A stretch of DNA of 64,000 nt from an uncultured SAR86 cluster bacterium. GTDB lineage: Bacteria; Pseudomonadota; Gammaproteobacteria; Magnimaribacterales; AG-339-G14. The stretch spans positions 41,606 to 105,605 of the forward strand of contig CACAWS010000003.1 of assembly GCA_902536295.1 (NCBI GenBank), in the 5' to 3' direction. Below, piece after piece: positions 37,896 to 47,693 of this stretch. Each line of letters starts with the position of its first letter. Within the stretch, counting starts at the first letter, position 1. The notes below the pieces were generated by a model. The model was not told the origin of the DNA, made no database searches, and saw only the letters and a program-made list of their open reading frames with translations. The position numbers and the translations under genes are program-made.

Positions 37896-38306
37896 TTAAA
37901 AATTAGGTTCTGAAGCAATTGATATATCAACTACACCAGCCTCTCTAACTTCGTCCATAACAGCAACAATTTTTTCTGCTGTTGATTTTACATCTGCTTG
38001 TATAACAACTGAACCTTGAGGATTTTCTGCAATTAATCTGATTACATTTGCTTTTACTTGTCTTACGTCAATTCTTCTGCCATCCATATATATTTCTCCA
38101 GCTGCTCCAATAGCAATTAAAATAGCAGCATTCTCAGTAATTTCTGAAGTTTCAGAATCTGGACGGTTAATTTCTAAGCCTGGCTCTTTAATAAAATTTG
38201 CGGTAACAATAAAGAAAATTAACAAAATAAAAACCACATCCAACATTGGAGTAATATTTGGTTCTTCGGTTTCCTCTACAGCCTGATTTATTAGCGATCT
38301 TCTCAT
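37896..38306 (-). CDS. exbD: biopolymer transport protein ExbD
   Basis: ITPMLDVVFILLIFFIV forms the transmembrane helix, followed by a periplasmic domain (IAIGAAGEIYMDG...V.IQAD). Confidence 0.9.
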   Translation of the reverse strand: MRRSLINQAVEETEEPNITPMLDVVFILLIFFIVTANFIKEPGLEINRPDSETSEITENAAILIAIGAAGEIYMDGRRIDVRQVKANVIRLIAENPQGSVVIQADVKSTAEKIVAVMDEVREAGVVDISIASEPNF

Positions 38307-38312
38307 AATATA

Positions 38313-38837
38313 TTATTCGTACGTTAGTCTTTCAGATAGTAAGTCTGTTTTCTTTTTCACATTGCTGTCTAACCATCTAGCGGCGATGCTAGCGGGAATT
38401 GCAGCCATTAAACCCGCCATTGCAGGTATAGTAGATCTTGCAACACCTCCGGCCATAGCTTTAGCATCTCCTCCCCCAGTTACAGCTAAAATGTGAAAGA
38501 CTTCAATCATACCAATGATGGTTCCAAGCAATCCAAACAATGGCGCTAAAGCTACGCAAACTCTTATAAATTCAATATTGTTTTTTATTTGTTGCTCAGC
38601 CTTAGAAATTAACATTGTTCTGATCATATGACCTTCCCAAGATTTATGAGTTTTAACGTTAGTCCACTCTTGGATAGTATCTCTTTCAACAGTTGGATGG
38701 ATGAATTGGAAATACCAAATTCTTTCAAAAATAAAGAACCACATGATTAAAATAAGAAAAGCAATCAGTAAAACAACTCCACCTCCTTTTTCTAGAAACT
38801 CAAAAAGGATAGATTGCAGGTTGTAAAACCAAGCCAT
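38313..38837 (-). CDS. exbB: MotA/TolQ/ExbB proton-channel protein (short ExbB)
   Basis: 174 aa with LAPLFGLLGTIIGMIEVF and GGVARSTIPAMAGL. Confidence 0.88.
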   Translation of the reverse strand: MAWFYNLQSILFEFLEKGGGVVLLIAFLILIMWFFIFERIWYFQFIHPTVERDTIQEWTNVKTHKSWEGHMIRTMLISKAEQQIKNNIEFIRVCVALAPLFGLLGTIIGMIEVFHILAVTGGGDAKAMAGGVARSTIPAMAGLMAAIPASIAARWLDSNVKKKTDLLSERLTYE

Positions 38838-38840
38838 AAC

Positions 38841-40238
38841 TTAAGCAGACGGTGATTGTTGAGTTTCTTCTGATCGTGCAGCCACCATTCCAGTGCTTTG
38901 TTCTTCAAGTACAGAAAGGATGCCTTTTGAGTAATTACTCAATGCAGCTGCCATGAAAGTTGCAGGAATTGCACTCATAAGCCCTAACATCGTTGTGACA
39001 AGAGCTTCAGATATTCCTCCTGCCATTGTTTTAGGGTCTCCAGTTCCAAACAGTGTTATTGCCTGGAAAGTATTAATCATACCAATGATGGTTCCAAAAA
39101 GACCTAGTAAAGGAGAAATTACAGAAATTAATCTCACAACCCAAATGTATTGGTCGATTGATTGCCTTTCTACAAGAATTTGTTCAGCTAACTTTAGCTC
39201 AAGTGTTTCGGTATCGGTTTTATTTTCTTTTGCCACAGCAAAAATTCTAGACAAAGGATTGTCGCTTGATTCTTCTCCGCTAACTTCTTTTTTAATCGCA
39301 TTATTGATTGTGAAAAGTGAATAAAATCTCCAGACAAAAACTCCAGTAGCTATTAAGAAAAGCAAAATAATTGTGTAACCAGTAATTCTTCCATATTGAA
39401 TTTGCTCAAAAAAAGACGGGAGAGAAATTAAATTAACCAATAAAGCGCCGCCCTGCGGACCAGTTGGGTCAATGGCAAATTGAACAAAACCGGAGTCTTC
39501 ATCGAAAACGTCATAGGAGCCGTCTAAGAATCTACTAGGCTGTTTTGGTAATGTTTCGTATGCACCTCTGCCACTCAAATAAGTTAAATATTCTCCCTCA
39601 GTAACAACATTAAAGTTACCAATTCTGACAACTTCCTCTTCTTCTGCATCACCGTTATTGTCAATTACAGTTGCAGAGAATTTTTCAACACTTCCTGAGG
39701 CAACCAGCTCCCTAGAGAGTTCATACCACAACCTTTCTAATTCTTCTATAGTCGCTACACTTACACCTTCTCCCATCTTCTTCGCGAGATCATCTAAAAA
39801 TAGTTCTCTGTCAGTTCCAAATTGACCCGAAGTTATTGATGTTTCAAAAGTAGCTTGAGTATCTGAAGCTACTCCCTGCAAGTGGCCGAATGTTTCATAG
39901 AGCGAACCTAATCTGGTCTTGAGCTGATCTTCTAATAAAGTAAGTTTCGCATCATTGGCCTCAAAAGTTGCCTCTAGCCTCGATGCTTCAGCTTCAAGTC
40001 TTCCTCTTTCTGCTTTTGCATTAGCTAGTAAAGTAGCTTGTCTATTTTTTTCTCTGATAAATCTAGCCTCTCTTTCCGCTGCTTCTTCGGATTCAGCGAA
40101 TCTTCCTTGTTTTACTAACTCAAGAAGTTGATCAAGATCAAGAGCGATATTTTCGGGTTTTACCTGAGTTTCTTGAGAAAAAATAGAGCCAGAGAAAATT
40201 AGAGAGAAGATTATTAGTATTTTTAATAAACTTTTCAT
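38841..40238 (-). CDS. ttpC: large MotA/TolQ/ExbB-family protein with long periplasmic coiled-coil N-domain (TtpC-like)
   Basis: 465 aa with a signal peptide and a coiled-coil region (EREARFIREKNRQ...LEAEASRLEATFEAN). The C-terminal ExbB core reads SPLLGLFGTIIGMINTF and GGISEALVTTMLGL. Confidence 0.8.
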   Translation of the reverse strand: MKSLLKILIIFSLIFSGSIFSQETQVKPENIALDLDQLLELVKQGRFAESEEAAEREARFIREKNRQATLLANAKAERGRLEAEASRLEATFEANDAKLTLLEDQLKTRLGSLYETFGHLQGVASDTQATFETSITSGQFGTDRELFLDDLAKKMGEGVSVATIEELERLWYELSRELVASGSVEKFSATVIDNNGDAEEEEVVRIGNFNVVTEGEYLTYLSGRGAYETLPKQPSRFLDGSYDVFDEDSGFVQFAIDPTGPQGGALLVNLISLPSFFEQIQYGRITGYTIILLFLIATGVFVWRFYSLFTINNAIKKEVSGEESSDNPLSRIFAVAKENKTDTETLELKLAEQILVERQSIDQYIWVVRLISVISPLLGLFGTIIGMINTFQAITLFGTGDPKTMAGGISEALVTTMLGLMSAIPATFMAAALSNYSKGILSVLEEQSTGMVAARSEETQQSPSA

Positions 40239-41011
40239 TGAATCACCTTAGCAGCAGGAATTGGTAATTCAAGCATATCTACTGTTTTGAGTTTTTTTGC
40301 CATTGAAATTCCATCTCTTATGGGTCTTTGGTACCTTCCAGGTAAACTTTCCCAGGAATTAGTTTCTTTATTCCAAATACCTGTCTCATCTAGATCAGTT
40401 GTTTGATAAGCTAAGACCATTCTGCCTACTCTTAAAATATTCACCTCTCTATCCTGACCATCAATAAGAATAGTGTCTTTATAAGTGTCAATTTTTCTTC
40501 CATATTCAGCTTCCACGTTGAAACCCTCAAGCACTTGTCTTAATTTTTCTGCCGGAGAAACAGTTGGGTTATCCAAAGCATCTTTTATAAATTGTAGTCT
40601 TTCAGTTCGCTCTCCTTTTCGAAAAGGTAGATCTAATTCAACAAATTTTGCCAAACCTTCATGCATTCTCCTCGAAAGAGGAGGTATTTGTCTTTGAAGA
40701 ACAGCAGCATATTTCATAGTTTCCTCAATTTCTTCCATTCTTGTTATTTGTCTTCTTATCTGTTTCTTTTTCTGTGCGTTATATACTTTTAAGCCTTCTA
40801 TCTGTTTAGTTACGCCCTTATATTCTGAAGCATCCTTATCTGTTTTAGTTTGAGCTGAATCTATTTTGACTTGAGAAGCAGCAGCATTGTCAGCTCTTAC
40901 TTTGTTCTCTTGCAAAACGGGATCTACTTGGGAATATAAACTTGAGGAAGAAACCAAAAAAACAAAAACTAATAGCCTACTAAAACTTGACATTTTTCTT
41001 GATACTCTCAT
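40235..41011 (-). CDS. DUF3450 periplasmic coiled-coil protein (TtpB-like)
   Basis: It has a signal peptide, a coiled-coil N-half, and LPFRKGERTERLQFIKDALD. The ATG at 41011 is preceded by AGGTGA; the ORF-track GTG at 41020 lies inside that RBS. Confidence 0.75.
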   Translation of the reverse strand: MRVSRKMSSFSRLLVFVFLVSSSSLYSQVDPVLQENKVRADNAAASQVKIDSAQTKTDKDASEYKGVTKQIEGLKVYNAQKKKQIRRQITRMEEIEETMKYAAVLQRQIPPLSRRMHEGLAKFVELDLPFRKGERTERLQFIKDALDNPTVSPAEKLRQVLEGFNVEAEYGRKIDTYKDTILIDGQDREVNILRVGRMVLAYQTTDLDETGIWNKETNSWESLPGRYQRPIRDGISMAKKLKTVDMLELPIPAAKVIQ

Positions 41012-41167
41012 TTTTTTCACCTACAAAAAAAGGGAATCAATAAAAATATTTATTCAAATTACCCTTTAAGCCTCCACTTTAAGTAAAATAAATTTATCTT
41101 GCAACAATTAATATACTTATTTGAAACAGAAGATTTTAACTTTTCTTTATAAATAAATCTAAAAAAA

Positions 41168-41737
41168 ATGACGACTATACAGACAAATGAATTCAGAACT
41201 GGAATGAAAGTAATTATTGAGAATAATCTATGTGAAATTTTAGAACATCAATTTCATAAACCCGGAAAAGGGCAAGCTGTTATGAGAGTAAAGTATAAAA
41301 ACTTAATATCTTCTCAAGTTTTGGATAAAACTTTTAAAACTGGAGAAGTCATAGAAAAAGCTGAGATAGATGTTGTAAAAATGCAATTTTTATATTCAGA
41401 AGAAATAAATTTAGTTTTTATGAATTCAATTAACTTTGAACAAATTAATATAGAAAAAAAAATTATTGAAGATAAAGTTCAATGGATGAAAGAAGGAGAG
41501 GAATATGAAATATCAATGTGGAATAATCAAATAGTTAATGTTGAAATTCAGAACTTCATTGAAATTGAAATTTCTGAAACAGAACCAGGATTCAAGGGAG
41601 ACACTTCAACTAATACTTTAAAAGAAGCAACTTTGGCGAATGGCATTGATATAAAAGTGCCTCTTTTTATAGAACCTGGAGACATAGTTAAAGTAGATAC
41701 TCGAAATTGTGAATACCAAAATAGAGTTAATAAATGA
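41168..41737 (+). CDS. efp: elongation factor P
   Basis: Motifs NEFRTGMKVIIENN and HKPGKGQAVMRVKYKNL (the modifiable Lys loop), with a C-terminal VKVDTR..EY..RV. Confidence 0.93.
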   Translation: MTTIQTNEFRTGMKVIIENNLCEILEHQFHKPGKGQAVMRVKYKNLISSQVLDKTFKTGEVIEKAEIDVVKMQFLYSEEINLVFMNSINFEQINIEKKIIEDKVQWMKEGEEYEISMWNNQIVNVEIQNFIEIEISETEPGFKGDTSTNTLKEATLANGIDIKVPLFIEPGDIVKVDTRNCEYQNRVNK

Positions 41738-43443
41738 AATCTGAAATTAGAGAAATACTTAATGCTTCTGTAAAAAAATTATATTCAGAAGAAATTAATG
41801 ACTTTGATATAACGAGGCCAAAATTTAAATCTCATGGAAATTGGAGTTCAAATATTGCATTAATTTTAGGAAAAGAATTAAAAGATCAGCCAAGAAAAAT
41901 AGCTAAGAATATTGTCAATGAATTCCCAAAAAAAAATTGGTTAAGCAAAATAGATATCGCTGGTCCAGGTTTTATAAATTTTTTTTTAACACAAGAAGCA
42001 CAGACAGAATTTTTAAAAAGCTTTTTGTCAGATGATTTCTCTTTTATCGAAACCAAAGAAAATCGTAAAATTTTAATAGAATATGTTTCTAGTAATCCTA
42101 CTGGTCCAATTCACGTAGGTCACGGCAGAGGAGCCGCATATGGGTCGGCTTTAGCAAAACTTTTAAGACTAACTGGAGATAAAGTTGTAGAAGAATATTA
42201 TGTAAATGATAGAGGTCTTCAAACTGATGTATTGGCATTGAGTGTATTTTTAAGATATCAAGAATTATTTGATCTAAGAATCTTATTTCCTAGTGACTGC
42301 TACCAAGGGGACTACATAAAAAAATGCGCTAAATCAGCAAAAAAGTATTTTGGCGATAAATTTATGTTAAAAAAAGATTTAAAAAGCCAGCAGTCTTCAG
42401 ATATTAGTCTTATTTTAGAAGAAATCTATAAAATAACTCCAGATTTTAAAGAACTTACTGACTTCTGTATTTCCTATCAAATGGAGGAAATCAAAAGTAT
42501 TCTTTTAAAATTTAAAGTCGAACATGAAAGCTGGGTTAGTGAAAAGTCACTTTATAAAAGTTCTAAAGGTAGTAGCCTTTTTGAAACAACATTAAGCGAA
42601 TTAAAAAAAAATAATTATACCTATCTAGAGAATGATGCTCTTTGGTTTAAATCCAGTGAGTTTGGCGACGAAAAAGACAGAGTTTTAATTAGAAATAATC
42701 AGGATCCTACGTATTTTGCTTCGGATGTTGCTTATCATAAATTCAAATTCGACAGAGATTTTGATCAACTTATAAATATTTGGGGCGCTGACCATCATGG
42801 TTACATAGCAAGGTTAGAAGGTGCTTTGGATGCATTAAATTTAAATCCAAAGAAATTAGAGACTCTAATCATACAATTTGTATCACTGATAAAGTCAGGA
42901 GAGAACATAAGCATGTCTACAAGAAAAGGAGAATTTATTTCTTTAGAAGAACTAATAAAAGAAGTTGGGGTAGAGGCTGCGAGGTTTTTCTTCTTGGCTA
43001 GGAAAAGTGACCAATCTTTAGAGTTTGATATTGATTTGGCAAAGAGAGAAGATAAAAATAATCCTGTTTATTATATCCAGTACGCTCACGCAAGAATTTC
43101 CAGTCTTCAAAAAGAATTGCTAAAGAGAAAATTAATTATCGATAACGAAAATGGTTTTAAAAAGTTAAGTAAAGTTTTAACAGATCTTGAATTTGAAATA
43201 ATTAATGAAATAGAACAATTTCAAGACGTCATTCAACAATGTAAGAAAGATCTTGAAATACATCCATTGTGTTTTTACCTGAGAGACCTAGCCTCTAAAT
43301 TTCATTCTTATTACAACGCAAATAAATTCATTGAAGATGAAAAAGATTTAAGAGACGCTAAATTTATTTTAGTTGCAGCGATTAAAAAAGTTTTAATTCA
43401 GGGCTTAGACATTCTTTCAATAAATGCGCCTGAAAAAATGTGA
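41734..43443 (+). CDS. argS: arginine--tRNA ligase
   Basis: Motifs SSNPTGPIHVGHGRG (HIGH region), ADHHGY and MSTRKG. An ATGA overlaps the efp stop. Confidence 0.93.
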   Translation: MKSEIREILNASVKKLYSEEINDFDITRPKFKSHGNWSSNIALILGKELKDQPRKIAKNIVNEFPKKNWLSKIDIAGPGFINFFLTQEAQTEFLKSFLSDDFSFIETKENRKILIEYVSSNPTGPIHVGHGRGAAYGSALAKLLRLTGDKVVEEYYVNDRGLQTDVLALSVFLRYQELFDLRILFPSDCYQGDYIKKCAKSAKKYFGDKFMLKKDLKSQQSSDISLILEEIYKITPDFKELTDFCISYQMEEIKSILLKFKVEHESWVSEKSLYKSSKGSSLFETTLSELKKNNYTYLENDALWFKSSEFGDEKDRVLIRNNQDPTYFASDVAYHKFKFDRDFDQLINIWGADHHGYIARLEGALDALNLNPKKLETLIIQFVSLIKSGENISMSTRKGEFISLEELIKEVGVEAARFFFLARKSDQSLEFDIDLAKREDKNNPVYYIQYAHARISSLQKELLKRKLIIDNENGFKKLSKVLTDLEFEIINEIEQFQDVIQQCKKDLEIHPLCFYLRDLASKFHSYYNANKFIEDEKDLRDAKFILVAAIKKVLIQGLDILSINAPEKM

Positions 43444-43448
43444 TTCTA

Positions 43449-44108
43449 ATGAAAAAGAATATACAAAATATTTTTAGTACAATTGAAAAGTTAACTGCAA
43501 ATAATAAAAAACAAAGTGTAGAGCTTATTGCTGTAAGTAAGAAAAAGTCTACTAGTGAAATCTTAGAAGCCTTAAGCCTAGGCATTAATAACTTTGGAGA
43601 AAACTATCTTCAAGAATCTTTGCAAAAAATATCTGAACTAAAAAATAAAAATATAATTTGGCACTTTATTGGAAAAGTTCAGTCAAACAAGTGTAAGGAT
43701 ATTGCAGAAAATTTTGAGTGGGTTCATACTTTGGATCGTTTAAAAATCGCAAAAAAATTAAACGAATATACTCCTTCTGGTAAAAAACTTAAGGTATTAA
43801 TTCAGGTAAATCTAGACAATGATGAAAATAAAGGCGGTATTAAAAAAGAAAATTTAGAAGAACTAATGAAAAATATAACAAAATTTAAGAATTTAGAGTT
43901 TAGAGGACTAATGATCATGCCAAGTGCAAATGCTAAAAAGGAAGAATTAAGGCTTATTTATGAGGAAGCATATTCGCTTACTAATAGTATGGAGGTTAAA
44001 GAACATAACTTAGAACTCTCTATGGGGATGACTAATGATTTCAAAATAGCTATTGAAGAAGGATCTTCTATGATAAGAATCGGTACAGGTATATTTGGTG
44101 AAAGATAA
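43449..44108 (+). CDS. yggS: YggS-family pyridoxal-phosphate homeostasis protein
   Basis: Motifs LIAVSKKKS (PLP Lys), FGENYLQE, WHFIGKVQSNK and IRIGTGIFG. A GTG at 43440 is an alternative start. Confidence 0.88.
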   Translation: MKKNIQNIFSTIEKLTANNKKQSVELIAVSKKKSTSEILEALSLGINNFGENYLQESLQKISELKNKNIIWHFIGKVQSNKCKDIAENFEWVHTLDRLKIAKKLNEYTPSGKKLKVLIQVNLDNDENKGGIKKENLEELMKNITKFKNLEFRGLMIMPSANAKKEELRLIYEEAYSLTNSMEVKEHNLELSMGMTNDFKIAIEEGSSMIRIGTGIFGER

Positions 44109-44868
44109 AATTGATATAGGATTTATTGGAGCAGGTAACTTAGGTCGTCATGCCATTTTGGGTTTAATAGATTCATACAATATAAAAGTCTCAGATCCTG
44201 TTCAAAATCAAGAAATTATTAATTTGGGCATAAAATATTTGTCTATTGAACAACTTTGTAAAGACTCTGATGTAATTTTTTTGACAATTAAGCCAAATAT
44301 TTCCGAAGAAATTCTTAGTCAAATTTCAGATTATATAGACGATAAGTTAATCATTTCTTTTATTGCAGGAAAGTCTTTGAAAAAACTTGAAAAACTATTA
44401 TCGTCAAAAAATATTATAAGAGCTATGCCCTCTTTAGGAATTAGTAATGGCTTAAGTCCTATAGCAATTTGCTCAAATCAAGGTGTGAACGCATCTCCTG
44501 GAGAAAAAATTCTTAATAACTTAGGAAGATGTATGAAAATTGAAGAATCAAAGTTTGATGCATTTACTTCAATTTTTGGGGCTGGCCCAGCATATATAAG
44601 CTATATCGCTGAGTTACTATCTGGAATTGCATCCGAAAATGGGTTTGAAAATTCAGAATCTCTGATTGGAGAAGTGATAGGCGGTACTTATGAAATTCAT
44701 AATTCAAAAAATAGGCCATCTTTTGAAAAAATTAAGTCTATGGTTGCATCTAAAGGAGGAGTCACAGAAGCAGCCTTAAAAAAAATTGAGTCCTCAGGAA
44801 TGGATAAAGTATGGAAAGCCGCTATAGAGGATGCAATTGAAAAATCGAAAAAATTAGGGGGAAATTAA
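44095..44868 (+). CDS. proC: pyrroline-5-carboxylate reductase
   Basis: Motifs IGFIGAGNLG, RAMPS and SKGGVTEAAL. It has a GTG start. The yggS-proC-yggT order is conserved. Confidence 0.88.
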   Translation: MVKDKIDIGFIGAGNLGRHAILGLIDSYNIKVSDPVQNQEIINLGIKYLSIEQLCKDSDVIFLTIKPNISEEILSQISDYIDDKLIISFIAGKSLKKLEKLLSSKNIIRAMPSLGISNGLSPIAICSNQGVNASPGEKILNNLGRCMKIEESKFDAFTSIFGAGPAYISYIAELLSGIASENGFENSESLIGEVIGGTYEIHNSKNRPSFEKIKSMVASKGGVTEAALKKIESSGMDKVWKAAIEDAIEKSKKLGGN

Positions 44869-45422
44869 TGGATCCTTTGTTTGTATCATCTGTAATATCA
44901 AATTTACTTTCGATACTTTTTCTTATTTACGGACTATTCAGGTTCTTTGAATTAAGTTTTTTAAATCCAATTGTGAAATATTCTTTTTCTATTTTGGAAC
45001 CTTTTACCAAACCCTTGAGATTAATCCTACCGGTTGTATTTAAAATAGATTTATCCAGCCTAGTTTTATCTATTTTTTTTAAAGGTTTATCTTTTTATCT
45101 GTATTTAGAAAGTCAATCTTTAGAAACAAATTCTATTGAATCTATCTCTTGGTCATTTTTAAGTGTTTTATTAACCATATCCTTAATTCTAAGATATTCC
45201 TTATTCATTTCGATTATAGGTAGTTGGATTGCGCCAACTAGCAATAATGCTTTTCTCATTATTTGTCATGGTATCACTCAGCCTCTATTAAGACCGTTCC
45301 AAAGATTTACTGCAATGGGGGGTATAGATTTTTCTCCAATTATTGTTTTTTTTATTTTGATACAAATAGATAGATTGATTCAAAATTTTAGGTTCTATTT
45401 AGAATTACCAGGGTTATTTTGA
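44868..45422 (+). CDS. yggT: YggT-family membrane protein
   Basis: 184 aa with four or so hydrophobic segments. Its position after proC is the conserved one. Confidence 0.75.
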   Translation: MDPLFVSSVISNLLSILFLIYGLFRFFELSFLNPIVKYSFSILEPFTKPLRLILPVVFKIDLSSLVLSIFFKGLSFYLYLESQSLETNSIESISWSFLSVLLTISLILRYSLFISIIGSWIAPTSNNAFLIICHGITQPLLRPFQRFTAMGGIDFSPIIVFFILIQIDRLIQNFRFYLELPGLF

Positions 45423-46522
45423 TGGCTAGTGAAAGTTTAGGAATCATTGAACCACAATTTTTTAAATTTGAAGGCGACTTCGAACTTGAATCTGGAAAAA
45501 TTTTAGAAGGATTCAATATAATTTATGAAACCTATGGAAGCTTAAATGAAAAAAAATCTAATGCGATCCTTATTTGTCATGCTCTGAGCGGGAATCATCA
45601 TGCTGCAGGTTACTCTAATGAAGAAAAGAACAAGGCTGGTTGGTGGAATGAATTAATTGGTCCTGGCAAAGCTTTTGATACTAATAAATTTTTCATCGTT
45701 TCATTAAATAATTTGGGGGGCTGTCATGGCTCTACTGGTCCTAGCTCTATCAATCCCAAAACATCTAAAATTTTTGGAAAAAGTTTTCCTCTAGTAACTG
45801 TTAAAGATTGGGTTAAAAGTCAAAATTCACTAAGAGAGCATCTCGGAATAGATTCCTGGCATGCAGTTTCTGGAGGAAGCTTGGGAGGAATGCAAGCTCT
45901 TCAATGGGCAATTGATTTTGATAAACATATTAAAAAAAGTATCGTAATTGCCGCAGCTCCTAAACTAAGCGCACAAAATATAGCTTTTAACGAAGTCGCA
46001 AGACAGGCAATTGTGACCGATCCTGATTTCGATCAAGGAAGTTTTCATCCAAAAAGGGGTTTGGGTCTGGCTAGAATGTTAGGTCACATTACATATCTTT
46101 CAGAAGAGATGATGAAAGAAAAGTTTGGCAGGGATCTAAAAAAAGAGAAATATGAATATGGTTTTGACGTAGAGTTTGAAGTTGAAAGTTACTTAAGATA
46201 TCAAGCTGATACCTTCTCCGACAAATTCAATGCTTATACTTACTTATTGATGACAAAAGCTCTTGACTACTTCGATCCAGCAAGAGATTTTGAAAACGAT
46301 TTAAATAAAGCGTTAGGTAGAACAACCACTGATTTTTTAATATTATCTTTTTCGTCGGATTGGAGATTTGCACCTGAACGTTCAAAAGAAATTGTAAATG
46401 CCTTAATCTCATCTAGAAAGTCTGTCAGTTATGCAGAGATAAAAAGCACCCAGGGGCATGACGGTTTTTTATTTCCTGATGAAAGGTATGTAAATTGTAT
46501 AAAAACCTTTTTAGAAAAATGA
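45422..46522 (+). CDS. metX: homoserine O-acyltransferase (MetX family)
   Basis: Motifs ILICHALSGNHH, WW...IGPGKAFDTNKFF and VSGGSLGGMQALQW (nucleophile Ser). It is followed by metW. Confidence 0.92.
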   Translation: MASESLGIIEPQFFKFEGDFELESGKILEGFNIIYETYGSLNEKKSNAILICHALSGNHHAAGYSNEEKNKAGWWNELIGPGKAFDTNKFFIVSLNNLGGCHGSTGPSSINPKTSKIFGKSFPLVTVKDWVKSQNSLREHLGIDSWHAVSGGSLGGMQALQWAIDFDKHIKKSIVIAAAPKLSAQNIAFNEVARQAIVTDPDFDQGSFHPKRGLGLARMLGHITYLSEEMMKEKFGRDLKKEKYEYGFDVEFEVESYLRYQADTFSDKFNAYTYLLMTKALDYFDPARDFENDLNKALGRTTTDFLILSFSSDWRFAPERSKEIVNALISSRKSVSYAEIKSTQGHDGFLFPDERYVNCIKTFLEK

Positions 46523-47106
46523 ATAGTATTTTAAATGCTTGGATTCCAAAAAACTCAGAAGTATTAGACCTAGGCTGTGGTGACGGGTCGTTGCTTGCAA
46601 GTTTAAAAAACAAATTAAATGTTTCCGGATACGGTGTTGATATCTCTGAAAAGAAAATTCAACTTTCTTTAAGTAAAGGGTTAAATGTAATTGAACAAGA
46701 CATTGACGAAGGATTAGATAATTTTAAAGATGCCTCATTCGATATTGTAATAATGAGTCAGTCCATTCAAGCTTTAAAAAAACCGGAAAATGCTTTGAAA
46801 GAAATTGTAAGAATTGGCAAAGAATGCATCGTCAGCATCCCCAATTTTGCAAACCTTAAGTGCAGAGTGCAGCTCGCCTTAACAGGCAAAATGCCAGTAT
46901 CCAATGCTCTGCCATACGACTGGTATTCTACTCCAAACTTACACTTGTGTTCATTGAAAGATTTTGAATCGCTTTGTAAAAAATTAAACATCAGAGTTAT
47001 CGAAAGAAAGCTAAGCGATAGTAATGGTAGATCGTCTTTTCTTATGAAAACTTTTCCAAATTTATTTACAGAAGTTGCTCTTTATAAATTGAAGCAAGAA
47101 GATTGA
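46519..47106 (+). CDS. metW: methionine biosynthesis protein MetW
   Basis: VLDLGCGDGSLL is the SAM-fold motif. The ATG at 46519 forms ATGA with the metX stop. Confidence 0.88.
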   Translation: MNSILNAWIPKNSEVLDLGCGDGSLLASLKNKLNVSGYGVDISEKKIQLSLSKGLNVIEQDIDEGLDNFKDASFDIVIMSQSIQALKKPENALKEIVRIGKECIVSIPNFANLKCRVQLALTGKMPVSNALPYDWYSTPNLHLCSLKDFESLCKKLNIRVIERKLSDSNGRSSFLMKTFPNLFTEVALYKLKQED

Positions 47107-47693
47107 AAATACTACTAGCAACAAATAATCTCGGTAAGATTAGAGAGTTCGAATTTTTATTCAATAATTCAGATTTTAAATTAATACACTTGCGTGAGTT
47201 TTCTGATAAAGAAATACCCGAGACAGGAAATAGCTACGAAGAAAATGCTTTTTTAAAAGCTAAAGAAGCTTATAGAATAACTAAGCTGCCAGTGCTTGCT
47301 GATGATTCTGGTCTAGAAGTTGAAAGTATTGGTAATAAACCTGGTATTTTTTCAGCTAGGTTTGCTGGACAAAAAGCGAATGATGATAAAAATAATAAAA
47401 AATTATTGAAAGAACTTCAGAATAAATCTGATAGAACAGCTAAATACGTATCCGTTTTATGTTTTTATAACCCAAAAGAGAAAATAGAAATTTATACCTA
47501 TGGAGAACTCAGAGGGTCTATTGGTAAAGAAGAAAAAGGCTCACAAGGTTTCGGTTATGACCCTCTTTTCAACTTAAAAAATACCAAAAGAACTATGGCT
47601 GAAATTTCATTTAAAGAAAGGATGAACATTAGTCATAGAACGCAATCAACAAAAAAAATGTTAGCCGAACTTAATAAACTTCAAAATAACTGA
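47103..47693 (+). CDS. rdgB: dITP/XTP pyrophosphatase (non-canonical purine NTP pyrophosphatase)
   Basis: Motifs LLATNNLGKIREF, ETG.SYEENA, DDSGLEV, FGYDPLF and SHR. The TTG start overlaps the metW TGA. Confidence 0.9.
   Translation: MKILLATNNLGKIREFEFLFNNSDFKLIHLREFSDKEIPETGNSYEENAFLKAKEAYRITKLPVLADDSGLEVESIGNKPGIFSARFAGQKANDDKNNKKLLKELQNKSDRTAKYVSVLCFYNPKEKIEIYTYGELRGSIGKEEKGSQGFGYDPLFNLKNTKRTMAEISFKERMNISHRTQSTKKMLAELNKLQNN

Noticed and set aside
38953-39324. 123-aa plus-strand ORF antisense to the TtpC-like gene
   Set aside because: It lies inside a well-supported minus-strand gene in a tightly coupled operon, and I recognise no motif. The same reasoning applies to 6482-6886, 8745-9050, 34306-34641, 4020-4313, 25696-25968 and the other short antisense ORFs in the track.
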